Positions 50,375 to 62,010 of a stretch of DNA of 64,000 nucleotides are shown here, piece by piece. The position numbers were made by a program, and so were the translations under genes. Position 1 is the first letter of the stretch, and each line of letters starts with the position of its first letter. The stretch covers positions 3,104,001 through 3,168,000 of the forward strand of contig OY762069.1 of the NCBI GenBank assembly GCA_963665095.1, written 5' to 3'. The DNA comes from an uncultured Desulfobacter sp. (GTDB lineage: Bacteria > Desulfobacterota > Desulfobacteria > Desulfobacterales > Desulfobacteraceae). The notes beneath the pieces are model-generated. The model searched no databases. It was given only the letters and a program-made list of their open reading frames with translations, and was not told the DNA's origin.

Positions 50375-50538
50375 ATAAATTCCTGTTCAGCCTGCCCTTT
50401 TAGTTACTTTCCGCATCTTTATTCCCTCATAAAAATATTGACTTTAGACGTAATGCCCATTAAAGGAAAAGGCAGCCAATCGAAACAACATCAATCCTGG
50501 AAGTTAATTTCACAGGCAGACTCATAACAGGACGATTC

Positions 50539-51558
50539 ATGGAAATACCGAGACAGTTACTGGAACGACTGAAACAAAACGAAGAAATCGCACGAAAATT
50601 CAATGAAATTGAAATCAGTATCCTCTCCATTCTGAATTTCCGGGATTTTTTTGAGCGCCTTTTATATGAAATCGCAGACAAGTTCTGCATACCCCATATA
50701 TGGATTTCAATCATCCAGGAGAGCAGTATCAGCGAACAACTTCGGGGCAGCAGTGAATCAAAAGCTTTAAAATCCTCCATAGCATTTGTAGAACAGGACC
50801 GGTTTCTTTCCATCATCAGGGAACAAAAACCGGTGCTTTCCAACAAAAATCTGCACCTGTTCAAGGATTTAATGCCCAAAACCCTTACCTCTACCATAGG
50901 GTCCATTGCCATTGCACCGATTACACTGGACGGAAAACTTGTGGGCAGCATCAATCAGGCTGACCCTGATTATCACCGTTTTGAACCGGGGATCGACACC
51001 TCGTTGTTAGAGCAACTGGCGCAAAAGGTCTCCTTGTGCCTGTCCAATGTGACGGCCCATGAACAGCTGAAATTTCTTGCTTTCCACGACCCATTGACCG
51101 GGCTTTTCAACAGAGGCGTTTTCCAACGTATCATTGACAGGGAATTTTCACGGGCCACACGCTATAATAGTGAACTGTCATTGATCTTTATGGATCTTGA
51201 TGAATTTAAAACCATAAACGATACCGTAGGGCACAGTGGGGGGGATAAAGCGCTTTGCTATCTGTCCGACGTCCTGATCCGGCTTAAACGGGAGCCGGAT
51301 ATAGTCTCCCGATTCGCAGGCGATGAATTTGTTATGGTCCTGCCGTCCACCCAGAAACCTCAGGCAGAGCAATTCATTAAACGGGTGCATGATTACCTTG
51401 AGGCCCATCCGCTGTCCACTCATGGGAAAGAGTTTATTATCCGGGTGAGCCATGGCACGTCAAGCATTTCCGATGCCGGTGTTACAAATCCTGAAACGCT
51501 TTTGAAAATGGCAGACAAAAGAATGTACCAGCAGAAAGCAGAAAAGAAAAACCGGTAA
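50539..51558 (+). CDS. GAF-like plus GGDEF protein (AGDEF variant)
   Basis: HDPLTGLFNR, DLDEFKTIND, RxxD I-site (REPD) and RFAGDEF. Confidence 0.88.
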   Translation: MEIPRQLLERLKQNEEIARKFNEIEISILSILNFRDFFERLLYEIADKFCIPHIWISIIQESSISEQLRGSSESKALKSSIAFVEQDRFLSIIREQKPVLSNKNLHLFKDLMPKTLTSTIGSIAIAPITLDGKLVGSINQADPDYHRFEPGIDTSLLEQLAQKVSLCLSNVTAHEQLKFLAFHDPLTGLFNRGVFQRIIDREFSRATRYNSELSLIFMDLDEFKTINDTVGHSGGDKALCYLSDVLIRLKREPDIVSRFAGDEFVMVLPSTQKPQAEQFIKRVHDYLEAHPLSTHGKEFIIRVSHGTSSISDAGVTNPETLLKMADKRMYQQKAEKKNR

Positions 51559-51663
51559 TCATATTTAAACCCTTTCACAAAAAAGGTATTTTTGCTGTTT
51601 TTTATGGTATTTTACTCCTGATTATAATAAACTTTTAGAAAATTTAGAAAATTTCAAAGGGAA

Positions 51664-54426
51664 TTGCCACACCCATTGGTTACATTACCCAACATTCGGC
51701 ATCTGAAATTCAGGAACAAGCTGCTGCTCTCCTTTGTCATTGTTTTTGTTCCTTTAATTCTTATATCCAAAATTCTTGTTTTTGTGCAAAGCCAGAAGTT
51801 TCTGGAAGCAGGCATTGAAAAGGAATTAAATCAGAGTTCAACCTTTCTGACAGACCTGATTCACACCGCTGCGGAGCTCAGCATAAAAAACAGGTTAAAG
51901 GCAATTGCTGAAAAAAATTTAGAGATCGTTGAGTATTTCTACTCTAAACACCGATCCGGCCTGCTGTCCCGCCAGCAGACCCTGACAACCATTGAGGAGA
52001 TCTTCAACGTTCAGTCCATTGGCATCAGCGGCTATATTTACTGTATTAACTCCAAAGGGAAAATCCTCTTTCATCCGGATCATCAGATGATTGGTCAGGA
52101 TATATCCAATCTTAATTTTGTTAAGGATATAATAAAAATGAAAGATGGATATCTGGAATATCAATGGAAGAAATCGCCAACTGATGACCATATGTATCCC
52201 AAAGCAGCGTTCATTACCTATTACAAGCCTTTAGACTGGATTATATGTGTTTCCTGTTACCGCAATGAGTATTCGCACTTACTGGACATCAGCGAGTTCA
52301 GCAACTATGTAAGCGCTTTCACACCTGAAGATACTGGATACGTATTTGTTATTGATGAAGACGGAACAGCGGTTATGCACCCTTTCCTCCAGGGCAAAAA
52401 TCTTTTAAAGCAACCAGAAGAATTTGCTGCTGTTATCAGACAAATGCTCACGGAAAAAAATGGAAAACTAAGGACCACATGGTCATTTACTCCCGAGGAC
52501 CCTCTCGGGGAGCAACTGGTAATATTCAGATATCTGCCACAGTATAAATGGATAGTCGGCGCTGCCAGTTATACGGATGAAACATCTTCACCCTTATCGG
52601 ACTTTTCAACATTGTTCACTCTTGACATTCTGTTTTTTTTGTTTGCTTTTCTTGGGCTGGCATATCTATTGTCTAGATCTGTTACAAAACCATTGGAAAA
52701 TTTTACCCAGGTTCTGAATAACAGCAAAGAGGGTGATTATTCAATCCGCCTGAACGATAATACCAGAGACGAAGTGGGCAGCCTTGCCAGGCATTTTAAT
52801 GCATTTATGATGCGTCTGGAAAAATTCCACAGTCAGTTGAAAGATGAAAGCCGAAAAACCATGGCTGCCCAAAACGCACTGATAGCAAATGAACTGAAAC
52901 GACAGGGGCTTTTTAACCAGTCTTCTCAGTTAATCTGCATCCTGTCTCCATACGGGATTCTGGAAGATATAAATGAAAGTCAGCTTGAGTTTGCCCAGTG
53001 CGGTTACACAGACCTGCTATACAAACCATACTGGGAAAGTCCATGGTGGCAGCACGATGATCAACGCAGAGAGGAAATAAAATCTTCCGTTGAAAAGGCG
53101 GCCGCCGGTCAGGCCTTACGTCTGGAAACCACTCATATTGATGGCAATGGTACAATACGAGATATTGATATATCAGTAAAACCAGTTTTTAACCACAATA
53201 AAGAGGTGGAATTCATCGTTACTGAGGCCAGGGATATCACGGAAATCAAACAGGGGGAGCAGGAACGACACACGCTGTTAATTCAATTGCAGAAAGCACA
53301 GAAGATGGAAGCCATAGGAACCCTGGCTGGCGGTATTGCCCATGATTTTAATAATATTTTGTCCAGTATTTTCGGGTACGCCCAGTTGGCTCAAATGACC
53401 CTGGATAATCCGGAAAAGCTAAAAAATCACATGAGTCAAATTCTTAAGGGGGCGCAGCGGGCATCTGATCTTGTTAAACAAATTTTAACTTTCAGCCGGC
53501 AGTCAGATAATGAAAAACATCCTTTAAAATTGCATTTGGTAGTTAAAGAAGCTCTCAAGCTTCTCAGGTCTTCCATTCCCACTACCATTGATATTGTTAC
53601 CAAGGTGGATACCAAGGAGATGATAAATGCAGATCCCACCCAGATGCACCAGATGATAATGAATCTATGCACTAATGCCTACCATGCCATGAAGGAAACT
53701 GGTGGGACCATGACCGTCAGTCTGACAAATACGGATCAGATTCAACCTGAACATCAAAACAAAGATTATCTCCGACGTGGACCATTTATGCGATTGATGG
53801 TGAGGGATACTGGACATGGTATGGATCAGCAGACGATTGAAAAAGCGTTTGACCCTTATTTCACAACCAAAGAAATGGGCCACGGTACCGGATTAGGGCT
53901 CGCCCTGGTAAAAGCCATTGTGGAAGACCATCAGGGAATATGCCATGTTGAAAGTATCTCCGGCCATGGCACCTCATTTTGTATTTATCTGCCTATTGTA
54001 TATAAGAAAAAACCTGGGGAAACTGCCATAGATCTATCTGGAAACGACCATGAACAAGGCTGTGAAACGATAATGATCGTTGATGATGAGCCGGACATCT
54101 GTGCCCTGACTGAAGAACTTCTTAAAAAATTTGGATATACAGTTTATACATTTAGCGACGGGGAAAAAGCGTTTCATGCCTTTGATGAAGGCAAAATTAA
54201 TTTTGATATGGTGATCACGGATATGACAATGCCGGGAATGACCGGTGTTGCCTTGGCTGAATCCATTCTATCAAAAAACAATAATTTCCCGATAATATTG
54301 TGTTCCGGATATAACGAAACCATCAGCGAGGTTGAATTAAAAGAGATGGGAATCCGGGCTTTTTTTGAAAAACCCTTAGACACCAGGAAATTGATAGCAA
54401 CAATACAATCTGTGTTTAATAATTGA
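51664..54426 (+). CDS. Cache-HAMP-PAS hybrid histidine kinase (start uncertain)
   Basis: Two TM segments, Cache repeats (GYIYC..HP, GYVFV..HP), HAMP DEVG.LA..FN, AHDFNN, GTGLGL and receiver DMTMP. Confidence 0.92.
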   Translation: MPHPLVTLPNIRHLKFRNKLLLSFVIVFVPLILISKILVFVQSQKFLEAGIEKELNQSSTFLTDLIHTAAELSIKNRLKAIAEKNLEIVEYFYSKHRSGLLSRQQTLTTIEEIFNVQSIGISGYIYCINSKGKILFHPDHQMIGQDISNLNFVKDIIKMKDGYLEYQWKKSPTDDHMYPKAAFITYYKPLDWIICVSCYRNEYSHLLDISEFSNYVSAFTPEDTGYVFVIDEDGTAVMHPFLQGKNLLKQPEEFAAVIRQMLTEKNGKLRTTWSFTPEDPLGEQLVIFRYLPQYKWIVGAASYTDETSSPLSDFSTLFTLDILFFLFAFLGLAYLLSRSVTKPLENFTQVLNNSKEGDYSIRLNDNTRDEVGSLARHFNAFMMRLEKFHSQLKDESRKTMAAQNALIANELKRQGLFNQSSQLICILSPYGILEDINESQLEFAQCGYTDLLYKPYWESPWWQHDDQRREEIKSSVEKAAAGQALRLETTHIDGNGTIRDIDISVKPVFNHNKEVEFIVTEARDITEIKQGEQERHTLLIQLQKAQKMEAIGTLAGGIAHDFNNILSSIFGYAQLAQMTLDNPEKLKNHMSQILKGAQRASDLVKQILTFSRQSDNEKHPLKLHLVVKEALKLLRSSIPTTIDIVTKVDTKEMINADPTQMHQMIMNLCTNAYHAMKETGGTMTVSLTNTDQIQPEHQNKDYLRRGPFMRLMVRDTGHGMDQQTIEKAFDPYFTTKEMGHGTGLGLALVKAIVEDHQGICHVESISGHGTSFCIYLPIVYKKKPGETAIDLSGNDHEQGCETIMIVDDEPDICALTEELLKKFGYTVYTFSDGEKAFHAFDEGKINFDMVITDMTMPGMTGVALAESILSKNNNFPIILCSGYNETISEVELKEMGIRAFFEKPLDTRKLIATIQSVFNN

Positions 54427-54461
54427 CACGAATAGGCCAACAAAGAATATTGAGTATGTCC

Positions 54462-54509
54462 CAAAAAGAACAAAAGCTTTGACCAAGGTCAAAGCTTTTG
54501 TTCTTTTTG
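54462..54509. terminator. Bidirectional intrinsic terminator
   Basis: Perfect 23-bp inverted repeat CAAAAAGAACAAAAGCTTTGACC-AA-GGTCAAAGCTTTTGTTCTTTTTG between the convergent kinase and rplQ. Confidence 0.85.
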
Positions 54510-54528
54510 TATCCAGTTATCTGAATAT

Positions 54529-54885
54529 TTAATCAGTAATCAGTTCAATCTGGACCATAGGGGCAACATCACCTTTTCTTGGACCCAGTTTGGTAATCCT
54601 TGTGTAACCGCCCTGCCTTGAACTGAACTTCTCTGATACCTCTTCAAAAAGGCCATGAACAACATCTTTTTCACGAATCACCGCCAAAGCCTGACGTCTG
54701 GCATGCAGATCACCCCGTTTGGCCAAAGTGATCATTTTATCGGCTATTTTCCGCAGGCCTTTGGCCTTGGCTTCCGTGGTTTTGATGCTACTGTGTTTAA
54801 ACAGAGAAGTTACCATGTTCCGAAACATCGCCTTTCTATGGGCAGAGGTCCTGTTCAGCTTTAATACGGATTTTCTATGCTTCAT
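54529..54885 (-). CDS. rplQ: 50S ribosomal protein L17
   Basis: [20 protein letters not shown] and GGYTRI. Confidence 0.98.
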   Translation of the reverse strand: MKHRKSVLKLNRTSAHRKAMFRNMVTSLFKHSSIKTTEAKAKGLRKIADKMITLAKRGDLHARRQALAVIREKDVVHGLFEEVSEKFSSRQGGYTRITKLGPRKGDVAPMVQIELITD

Positions 54886-54890
54886 GGTAT

Positions 54891-55913
54891 TTATTCTCCT
54901 TCCTGAATATTCTCATCACCGGGCGGCTCAATCCCTTCAAGGTCCATCCCGAGAGACAGATCCATTGAACTGAGAACTTCTTTGATTTCGTTAAGTGATT
55001 TTCGACCGAAATTTTTTGTCTTGAGCATCTCACTGTCAGTTTTCTGTACCAGCTGGTAGATTGTGTGAATTCTGGCATTTTTCAGACAATTGGAACTTCT
55101 GACAGAAAGCTCAAGTTCATCTACTGAACGGTAGATATTCTCGTTAAACCCTTTATCCTTATCATCGGTTTTAAGCTCTGAGTCATCCGGCTCAAGCTCT
55201 TCGTCAAAATTGATAAAAGGATTCATCTGCTCTTTAAGAATTTTAGCGCCATATGCAACAGCGTCATCTGGGGTAACACTGCCATCTGTCCAGACTTCGA
55301 GAGTGAGCTTGTCATAGTCAGTCTTCTGCCCTATTCGAGAAGTCCCCACAACGTATTTAACCCGTTTAATAGGCGAAAATACAGAGTCAATGGGGATGGT
55401 ACCGATGGGGGCGTCATCATCCTTATTGGAAGAAGCCAACGCATACCCCTTACCAGTCTTAACAACCATGACAATATTAAGTTTTCCGTTTTTATTGACC
55501 GTGGCAATGTGCTGCTCCGGATTCAATATTTTAACTTTTCCATCAGGACTGACAATATCTGCTCCCGTAACCTCGGCTTCACCAGTAACATTGAGGGTCA
55601 GAATCTTTTCCTCAGGATCATCCACTTTTAGTTTTAATTCCTTCAAGTTAAGAATAATCTCGGAAACGTCTTCCCTGATATCTGAAATAACGCTGTATTC
55701 GTGAAGTGCATCATCGAACTTAACGGAGACTATGGCTGCACCATAAATGGAGGATAGAATGATCCGCCGCAGCGAGTTACCAATGGTGATACCATATCCT
55801 CTTTCAAGGGGTTCACACACAAACTTGCCATAGGTGGAAGTTGTGGTAACATCAAGCTTTTCCGGCTTGATCATCTCTCGCCAGTTAACATATGCAAGAT
55901 TTTCAGATGACAT
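54891..55913 (-). CDS. rpoA: RNA polymerase alpha subunit
   Basis: [15 protein letters not shown] and [11 protein letters not shown]. Confidence 0.98.
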   Translation of the reverse strand: MSSENLAYVNWREMIKPEKLDVTTTSTYGKFVCEPLERGYGITIGNSLRRIILSSIYGAAIVSVKFDDALHEYSVISDIREDVSEIILNLKELKLKVDDPEEKILTLNVTGEAEVTGADIVSPDGKVKILNPEQHIATVNKNGKLNIVMVVKTGKGYALASSNKDDDAPIGTIPIDSVFSPIKRVKYVVGTSRIGQKTDYDKLTLEVWTDGSVTPDDAVAYGAKILKEQMNPFINFDEELEPDDSELKTDDKDKGFNENIYRSVDELELSVRSSNCLKNARIHTIYQLVQKTDSEMLKTKNFGRKSLNEIKEVLSSMDLSLGMDLEGIEPPGDENIQEGE

Positions 55914-55961
55914 TTAAATCTCCTGAATAAATTTTGGGTAAACCATAAAATTATGATGAAC

Positions 55962-56588
55962 CTATTTTGAATAGAGCTCGACGATCAACTGCTCCTGGAT
56001 GGGCAGCGCAATATCTTCCCTTGCCGGAAGACCTTTAACTTCGCCTTTGAAACTGTCTTTGTTGACTTCAAGCCACTGGGGCATACCACGTCTTACAATG
56101 GCATCCAGGGAATCAGCAATAGCCTGAATATTTCTGCTTTTTTCACGAAGTTCAATAATATCACCTTTTTTAACCTGGTAGGAAGGGATATTTACTTTTT
56201 TACCGTTTACAGTGAAATGATTATGGCGCACAAAATGACGCCCCTGATTCCTTGAATTAACGAACCCTAGACGGAATACTGTATTATCCAAACGGGTTTC
56301 CAGCAGGATCAAGAGATTGGCACCAGTAATGCCTTTCTGTCGATCCGCTTTTTTAAAGGTGATTCTAAACTGTTTTTCTGATACGCCATAAATACGTTTA
56401 ACTTTCTGTTTTTCTCTGAGCTGCATGCCGTAGTCTGATTGTTTGGCACGTTTTTGGCCATGTTCGCCCGGGGGAAATCCTCTTCTGTCAAAGCTGCATT
56501 TATCTGAAAAACAACGGTCCCCTTTCAGGAACAATTTCATATTCTCGCGTCTGCATTGGCGGCAGACTGAACCTCTGTATCTTGCCAA
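55962..56588 (-). CDS. rpsD: 30S ribosomal protein S4
   Basis: [20 protein letters not shown] and [10 protein letters not shown] start. Confidence 0.98.
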   Translation of the reverse strand: MARYRGSVCRQCRRENMKLFLKGDRCFSDKCSFDRRGFPPGEHGQKRAKQSDYGMQLREKQKVKRIYGVSEKQFRITFKKADRQKGITGANLLILLETRLDNTVFRLGFVNSRNQGRHFVRHNHFTVNGKKVNIPSYQVKKGDIIELREKSRNIQAIADSLDAIVRRGMPQWLEVNKDSFKGEVKGLPAREDIALPIQEQLIVELYSK

Positions 56589-56674
56589 GTTTCCTCCTTT
56601 ATCGATTTAGATAAAGTTTACACGTTTTAAACTCTTTCAGGATTGTAATTTTAAAATCAATCTAAAATAGTTAG

Positions 56675-57070
56675 TTATACCCGTCTTCTTTTAGGTGGAC
56701 GGCAGCCATTGTGAGGCACCGGGGTAACATCTTTGATCATAGAGATGTTGAACCCGAGTGCATGCAGTGCCCGGAGGGCTGATTCCCGGCCTGGACCAGG
56801 GCCTTTAACATATACACCAACGTTTTTCATACCGTGTTCCATAGCTTTTGCGCCAGCATCTTCTGCAACCAATTTAGCAGCAAAAGGTGTGGATTTTCTG
56901 GAACCCTTGAATCCCTGCATACCGGCTGAAGACCAGGAAATGGTATTCCCATTTTCATCTGCAATGGTAACAATGGTGTTGTTAAAGGTAGACTGAATGT
57001 GCACAATACCGGTTGATATGTTCTTTTTAACCCGCTTTTTGGCAACGACCTTTTTTGACTTTTTAGCCAT
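56675..57070 (-). CDS. rpsK: 30S ribosomal protein S11
   Basis: STFNNT, KSTPFAA and PHNGCRPPK. Confidence 0.98.
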   Translation of the reverse strand: MAKKSKKVVAKKRVKKNISTGIVHIQSTFNNTIVTIADENGNTISWSSAGMQGFKGSRKSTPFAAKLVAEDAGAKAMEHGMKNVGVYVKGPGPGRESALRALHALGFNISMIKDVTPVPHNGCRPPKRRRV

Positions 57071-57096
57071 AATTGTAATCCCTTTTTAAAAAATTC

Positions 57097-57465
57097 CTAC
57101 TTCTTCTTTTTCACTGCCGTGCGTTTGGGACCTTTTCTGGTTCTGGCATTAGTACTGGTCCGCTGCCCGTGGCAGGGCAGGCCTTTACGATGGCGCAGTC
57201 CCCGGTAACACCCAAGATCCATTAACCGCTTAATGTTCATGGATACTTCAGACCGAAGCTCACCTTCCACCTTGAATTCGGCATCAATAACTTTCCTGAT
57301 TTCATTGACCTGTTCTTCAGTCAGATCGTTTGCCCTGGTTGTCGGCTCAATGCCTGTTTGTTCAAGTATATGCATGGACCTGCTGCGCCCGATACCGTAG
57401 ATATAGGTTAAAGCGATCCACGCATGTTTATCTTTTGGTAAGTCTACTCCAGCTATACGTGCCAA
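57097..57465 (-). CDS. rpsM: 30S ribosomal protein S13
   Basis: [17 protein letters not shown] and YRGLRH; TTG start. Confidence 0.98.
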   Translation of the reverse strand: MARIAGVDLPKDKHAWIALTYIYGIGRSRSMHILEQTGIEPTTRANDLTEEQVNEIRKVIDAEFKVEGELRSEVSMNIKRLMDLGCYRGLRHRKGLPCHGQRTSTNARTRKGPKRTAVKKKK

Positions 57466-57479
57466 ATCTTTCTATCCTC

Positions 57480-57593
57480 CTATCCCTGACGCTGTTTATG
57501 GCGCTTGTTGACACAAATCACTCTAATAACACCGCGCCGCTTAATGATTTTACAGTCTCTGCAAATCTTTTTTACGGATGCTCTGACTTTCAT
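57480..57593 (-). CDS. rpmJ: 50S ribosomal protein L36 (not in the ORF track)
   Basis: Manual translation [37 protein letters not shown]. Confidence 0.97.
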   Translation of the reverse strand: MKVRASVKKICRDCKIIKRRGVIRVICVNKRHKQRQG

Positions 57594-57654
57594 CTGACTA
57601 GCTCCTGTTTAGTTATTTTGATAACGTATCTGTTATCTTATCAACTTTTTATAT

Positions 57655-57873
57655 TTACTTATACCGGTAAGTGATCCTGCCCCGGCTTAAATCATAGGGT
57701 GAAATCTCAACTGTTACCCTGTCTCCGGGAAGTATTTTTATAAAATGCATTCTCATTTTCCCGGAAATATGAGCCAGAAGCACATGCTTGTTTTCCAGCT
57801 CTACCCTGAACATGGCATTGGGAAGTGTTTCAAGAACTTTACCATCCACTTTGATAGGCTCTTCTTTTGCCAT
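57655..57873 (-). CDS. infA: Translation initiation factor IF-1
   Basis: [11 protein letters not shown] and HISGKMR. Confidence 0.98.
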   Translation of the reverse strand: MAKEEPIKVDGKVLETLPNAMFRVELENKHVLLAHISGKMRMHFIKILPGDRVTVEISPYDLSRGRITYRYK

Positions 57874-57907
57874 AATCTAAACTCTTCTCCTTTTCTGGAT
57901 GCGCGTA

Positions 57908-59227
57908 TCAGGACCGGCCCCTAATCCGTTTGCTCCCGGAACGTCCCATAAACCCGTCATAATTTCCTGTAATAAGATGGGATTCTATCTGGGAAATTGT
58001 GTCAATGGCAACACCTACGACAATTAACAGTGCTGTCCCGCCGAAATAAAACGGTACATTAAATTTATTCATAAGAATTGTGGGAAGCACACAAACCGCC
58101 GATACATATACTGCACCGCCCACTGTAATGCGTGTGAGCACTTTGTCAATATATTCGGCTGTACGCTTTCCAGGACGGATTCCCGGAATATACCCACCAT
58201 TCTTCTTCATATTCTCAGCAACATCTTCGGGGTTGAACTGAACTGCGGTATAAAAGAAGCAAAAAAATACGATAAAGCCGATATACAACAGGTAATACCA
58301 AACCGTTCCAGGACTGAATAGACCAGCCAGCGTCTGCATAACAGGCAGATTAATGAACTGGGCCAGGGTGGTGGGGAACATAATTATGGATGATGCAAAA
58401 ATAGGAGGTATAACACCTGAAGTATTGATCTTAAGCGGAAGATGTGAAGTCTGTCCGCCATACATTTTCCTTCCAACGACCCGCTTAGCATAATGTACCG
58501 GAATCCTGCGCTGGGCCTGCTCCATAAAAATAATGGCCGCCACAACCGCCACCATCACTAAAATAAGAATGATGGTTGAAAACAACCCCATCTCGCCTGT
58601 GCTGAGGAGACGTCCCATTTTAACGCCTGCAGCCGGCATATTAGCAACAATACCGGCAAAAATGATCAAAGAGATACCATTGCCGATGCCCCTTTCAGTG
58701 ATCTGCTCGCCAAGCCACATGATAAATGCGGTACCAGCTGTCAGCGTAATAATGGTAATCAGACGGAATCCCCACCCCGGATAGGGTACAATGGGAACAC
58801 CTGCCGGAGATGTCATTGACTCAAGGCCCACGGCAATACCAAAGCCCTGGATAATACTTAGCACAACGGTACCATAACGGGTGTACTGGGTTTTCTTTTT
58901 CCGGCCAGCATCCCCTTCCTTTTTCAGTTGCTCAAGATGGGGAATAACCACGGTCATCAGTTCCAAGATAATGGAGGCACTAATGTAAGGCATAATACCG
59001 AGAGCAAAAATAGACAGCCTTTCAAGCGCCCCTCCTGAAAACATGTTAAACATAGAAAACAAAGTACCTGAAGCCGATGCAAAAAAGGACTCCAAGGCGG
59101 CTCCGTCAATGCCGGGAGTGGGTACGTGCACACCAACCCGGTAGACAAAAAGCAGCCCGAGAGTCACTAATATTTTGCGCTTGAGTTCCGGCAGTTTGAG
59201 CATATTCTGATAGCTGTTCTGAATCAT
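57908..59227 (-). CDS. secY: Preprotein translocase SecY
   Basis: [24 protein letters not shown] and IPGIRPG. Confidence 0.98.
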   Translation of the reverse strand: MIQNSYQNMLKLPELKRKILVTLGLLFVYRVGVHVPTPGIDGAALESFFASASGTLFSMFNMFSGGALERLSIFALGIMPYISASIILELMTVVIPHLEQLKKEGDAGRKKKTQYTRYGTVVLSIIQGFGIAVGLESMTSPAGVPIVPYPGWGFRLITIITLTAGTAFIMWLGEQITERGIGNGISLIIFAGIVANMPAAGVKMGRLLSTGEMGLFSTIILILVMVAVVAAIIFMEQAQRRIPVHYAKRVVGRKMYGGQTSHLPLKINTSGVIPPIFASSIIMFPTTLAQFINLPVMQTLAGLFSPGTVWYYLLYIGFIVFFCFFYTAVQFNPEDVAENMKKNGGYIPGIRPGKRTAEYIDKVLTRITVGGAVYVSAVCVLPTILMNKFNVPFYFGGTALLIVVGVAIDTISQIESHLITGNYDGFMGRSGSKRIRGRS

Positions 59228-59253
59228 CGGTACTTTCCTTATGCCTTTCTAAC

Positions 59254-59691
59254 TTACTCTACGCTGCCGCCGGCAGTTTCAATTTTTTCTTTAGCAGCTT
59301 TGGAAACCAAAATATTTTTAAGTTCAAATCTTTTGGTTACCTCCCCCTCGCCAAGAATTTTCACGCCGTCAATCTGTCCTTTGACGAGACCTACCTCTTT
59401 GAGAACATCTTCCGTTATTTGAGCGCCATCATCAAAGCGATCAAGATCCCGGACATTAAGAACAGCATTATGAGTCCTGAAGGCATAATTCTTAAATCCG
59501 CGTTTGGGCAGTCGCCTGTAAATTGGCATCTGTCCGCCTTCAAAACCGGGGCGTACAGTTCCGCCTGAACGGGCTTTAAGCCCCTTGTGACCCTTGGTTG
59601 AGGTCTTTCCCATTCCGGAGCCAGGACCACGACCGATTCTTTTTCTATTTTTTCTGCTTCCTGGCGCGGGAGCCAGATCATGTAACTGCAT
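59254..59691 (-). CDS. rplO: 50S ribosomal protein L15
   Basis: GRGPGSG.GKT and FEGGQMP. Confidence 0.98.
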   Translation of the reverse strand: MQLHDLAPAPGSRKNRKRIGRGPGSGMGKTSTKGHKGLKARSGGTVRPGFEGGQMPIYRRLPKRGFKNYAFRTHNAVLNVRDLDRFDDGAQITEDVLKEVGLVKGQIDGVKILGEGEVTKRFELKNILVSKAAKEKIETAGGSVE

Positions 59692-59692
59692 C

Positions 59693-59875
59693 CTAAACCT
59701 CCTCTACTTTCACCAGGTGTGAAACCTTTTTTACCTGCCCCATAATCACCGGGGTGTTATCATGCTCGACTGTGTAGTGCATTCTTTTGATGCCAAGGGA
59801 GCGAACAATCCGTCCGTGTTTTGCAGGACGGCCAATGGTGCTTTTTATCTGGGTAATTCTGATTCTATCAGCCAT
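59693..59875 (-). CDS. rpmD: 50S ribosomal protein L30
   Basis: ITQIKSTIG and V.HLVKVE; operon position. Confidence 0.95.
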   Translation of the reverse strand: MADRIRITQIKSTIGRPAKHGRIVRSLGIKRMHYTVEHDNTPVIMGQVKKVSHLVKVEEV

Positions 59876-59886
59876 TTTCAGCCTCT

Positions 59887-60387
59887 TTAAATTTCTTCAG
59901 GTTTGAGCCCGCGTTTTTTGGCGACTTCCTCCTTGGTGCACAGGGACTGGAGACCGGCCATAGTCGCTCTTACAATATTCTGGGTGTTGTGGGAACCGAT
60001 GCATTTCGTCAGAATATCAGTGACACCGGCTGCCTCAAGGACAGCACGGATTCCGCCACCGGCAATAAGCCCTGTACCGGGAGATGCGGGTTTCAAAAGA
60101 ACCCTGCCTGAGCCGGCATGGCCCACAACTTCAAAGGGAACCGTTCCGTTCAGAATTGCCACCTTTTTCATATTCCGTTTGGCTTTCTCCATTCCCTTTC
60201 TGATGGCTTCAGGAACTTCCTGAGCCTTGCCCAGTCCGTATCCCACGCTGCCTTCACCATCGCCGACCACAACAAGGGCAGTAAAGGTAAAGTTTCGGCC
60301 GCCTTTAACGACCTTTGCAACACGGTTGATCCTGACAACCTTATCTATCAGACCTGTATCTTCCATCTGCTGTTGTTGTCTTGCCAA
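59887..60387 (-). CDS. rpsE: 30S ribosomal protein S5
   Basis: [12 protein letters not shown] and [11 protein letters not shown] start. Confidence 0.98.
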   Translation of the reverse strand: MARQQQQMEDTGLIDKVVRINRVAKVVKGGRNFTFTALVVVGDGEGSVGYGLGKAQEVPEAIRKGMEKAKRNMKKVAILNGTVPFEVVGHAGSGRVLLKPASPGTGLIAGGGIRAVLEAAGVTDILTKCIGSHNTQNIVRATMAGLQSLCTKEEVAKKRGLKPEEI

Positions 60388-60403
60388 GGGTGTTCCTCCT
60401 TAA

Positions 60404-60772
60404 TTAGAATTCAAGACCGGCTTCCCGGGCCCCGTCTGAAAGTGCTTTGATACGTCCGTGATACAGGAAACCGTTCCGGTCGAAAACAACCTTTTTAATT
60501 CCTTTATCCAGTGCCCTTTTGCCGATGAGGCTACCCACCGCCTTTGCAACGTCCCGTTTTTTCCCTTCAACCGGTGCGTCTTTGTAATCTTTATCAAGCG
60601 TGGATGCCGCAACAAGAGTTGTGCCCTTGGTATCATCTATAATCTGGGCATAAATATGCTTGGTACTTCTGAAAACGCTGAGTCTTGGACGGTCCTGAGT
60701 CCCGAGCATATTTTTTCTAATCCGTTTTTTTCTCTTAAGCCGTGCTAACAGCCTTGGTGATGTATTTGCCAT
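60404..60772 (-). CDS. rplR: 50S ribosomal protein L18
   Basis: RPRLSVFRS and VFDRNG..YHGR. Confidence 0.98.
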   Translation of the reverse strand: MANTSPRLLARLKRKKRIRKNMLGTQDRPRLSVFRSTKHIYAQIIDDTKGTTLVAASTLDKDYKDAPVEGKKRDVAKAVGSLIGKRALDKGIKKVVFDRNGFLYHGRIKALSDGAREAGLEF

Positions 60773-60790
60773 AATCTATATTTCCCACCT

Positions 60791-61333
60791 TTAATCTTTA
60801 CCAGCAGTTTTGCCTGCTTTTCTGATGATTCTTTCGTCAGCATACATGATGCCTTTGCCCTTGTAAGGCTCGGGAGGTCTTATAGCTCTTATGTTTGCCG
60901 CTGCCTGGCCTAAAAGCTCTTTATCTATACTGGTAAGGGTGACTTCAACGTTTTTATCCACTGCAGCGGTCACGCCGTCGGGCAGTAAAAAATCCACTGG
61001 ATTTGAGTATCCCACGGACAGTACCAGGCTTGTCCCTTTGGTTTCCGCACGATAACCAATACCTGAGAGCAATAGTTTTTTCTCATAGCCCTGGGTTACA
61101 CCGTGAACCATATTGAAAATTAGGGATCGGTAAAGCCCCTGCAGTGCTACTTTCTTTTTGTCTGAGGTGTCGGTGCTAACCGTCAACACAGCATTATCAA
61201 TTTCAACATTTACCGCCGGATGCAGCTTGCGATCAAGACTGCCTTTAGGCCCTTTGACATTAATTGTATCGCCATCAAGGGTAATTTGAACCTTATCTGG
61301 AAGCTGGACCGGCATTTTTCCTATTCTTGACAT
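60791..61333 (-). CDS. rplF: 50S ribosomal protein L6
   Basis: MSRIGK and PEPYKGKG. Confidence 0.98.
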   Translation of the reverse strand: MSRIGKMPVQLPDKVQITLDGDTINVKGPKGSLDRKLHPAVNVEIDNAVLTVSTDTSDKKKVALQGLYRSLIFNMVHGVTQGYEKKLLLSGIGYRAETKGTSLVLSVGYSNPVDFLLPDGVTAAVDKNVEVTLTSIDKELLGQAAANIRAIRPPEPYKGKGIMYADERIIRKAGKTAGKD

Positions 61334-61348
61334 TTCATAGCTCCTGTC

Positions 61349-61747
61349 TTACCAAACGTTACAAAGAATTTCACCGCCGAGGTTCGCCTCTCTTGCCTGT
61401 TTGTCGGTCATCAACCCCTTGGATGTTGAGATGATGGAAATACCCAGGCCATTTAAAACCGGCTTAATATTTTTTGATTTTGAGTAAACCCTGCAGGAAG
61501 GTTTGCTCACGCGCTGTATACCAAAGATCGTCGGGTTGCCTTCAGACACATATTTCAGGTATACCCGAAGTACACCCTGTGTTTCATTTTCAAGAAATTT
61601 GTAGTCTTTGATATACCCTTGTTCCTTCAGCACCCGCACCACCTCAACTTTCACTTTTGATCCGGGGATATCCACCTTGGACAGACCTGCATTGCCACCG
61701 TTTCTGATGATGGTCAGCATATCTGCAATGGGATCACTTGTTGCCAT
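61349..61747 (-). CDS. rpsH: 30S ribosomal protein S8
   Basis: DPIADMLT.IRN and STSKG.MTD. Confidence 0.98.
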   Translation of the reverse strand: MATSDPIADMLTIIRNGGNAGLSKVDIPGSKVKVEVVRVLKEQGYIKDYKFLENETQGVLRVYLKYVSEGNPTIFGIQRVSKPSCRVYSKSKNIKPVLNGLGISIISTSKGLMTDKQAREANLGGEILCNVW

Positions 61748-61803
61748 TTGTCATTCTCCTTAAATCAGCTGATATTTAATCGTATTTTTAGAATCTGAAA
61801 ATT

Positions 61804-61989
61804 TTACCAGGAAGACTTGGTAACGCCAGGCAGTTTGCCTTGGGATGCAAGTGTTCTGAAGCAGATTCTGCAAATACCAGCTTTTCTGATAAATGCTCTG
61901 GGTCTACCGCATAAAGGGCACCTATTGTAAGCCCGCACACCAAATTTGGGTTTCCTTTGTGCCTTTGCGATTAAAGCTTTTTTAGCCAA
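61804..61989 (-). CDS. rpsN: 30S ribosomal protein S14 (zinc-binding short type)
   Basis: [19 protein letters not shown] start. Confidence 0.97.
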   Translation of the reverse strand: MAKKALIAKAQRKPKFGVRAYNRCPLCGRPRAFIRKAGICRICFRTLASQGKLPGVTKSSW

Positions 61990-62010
61990 ACGATCTTCCT
62001 CCTTCGGTCC

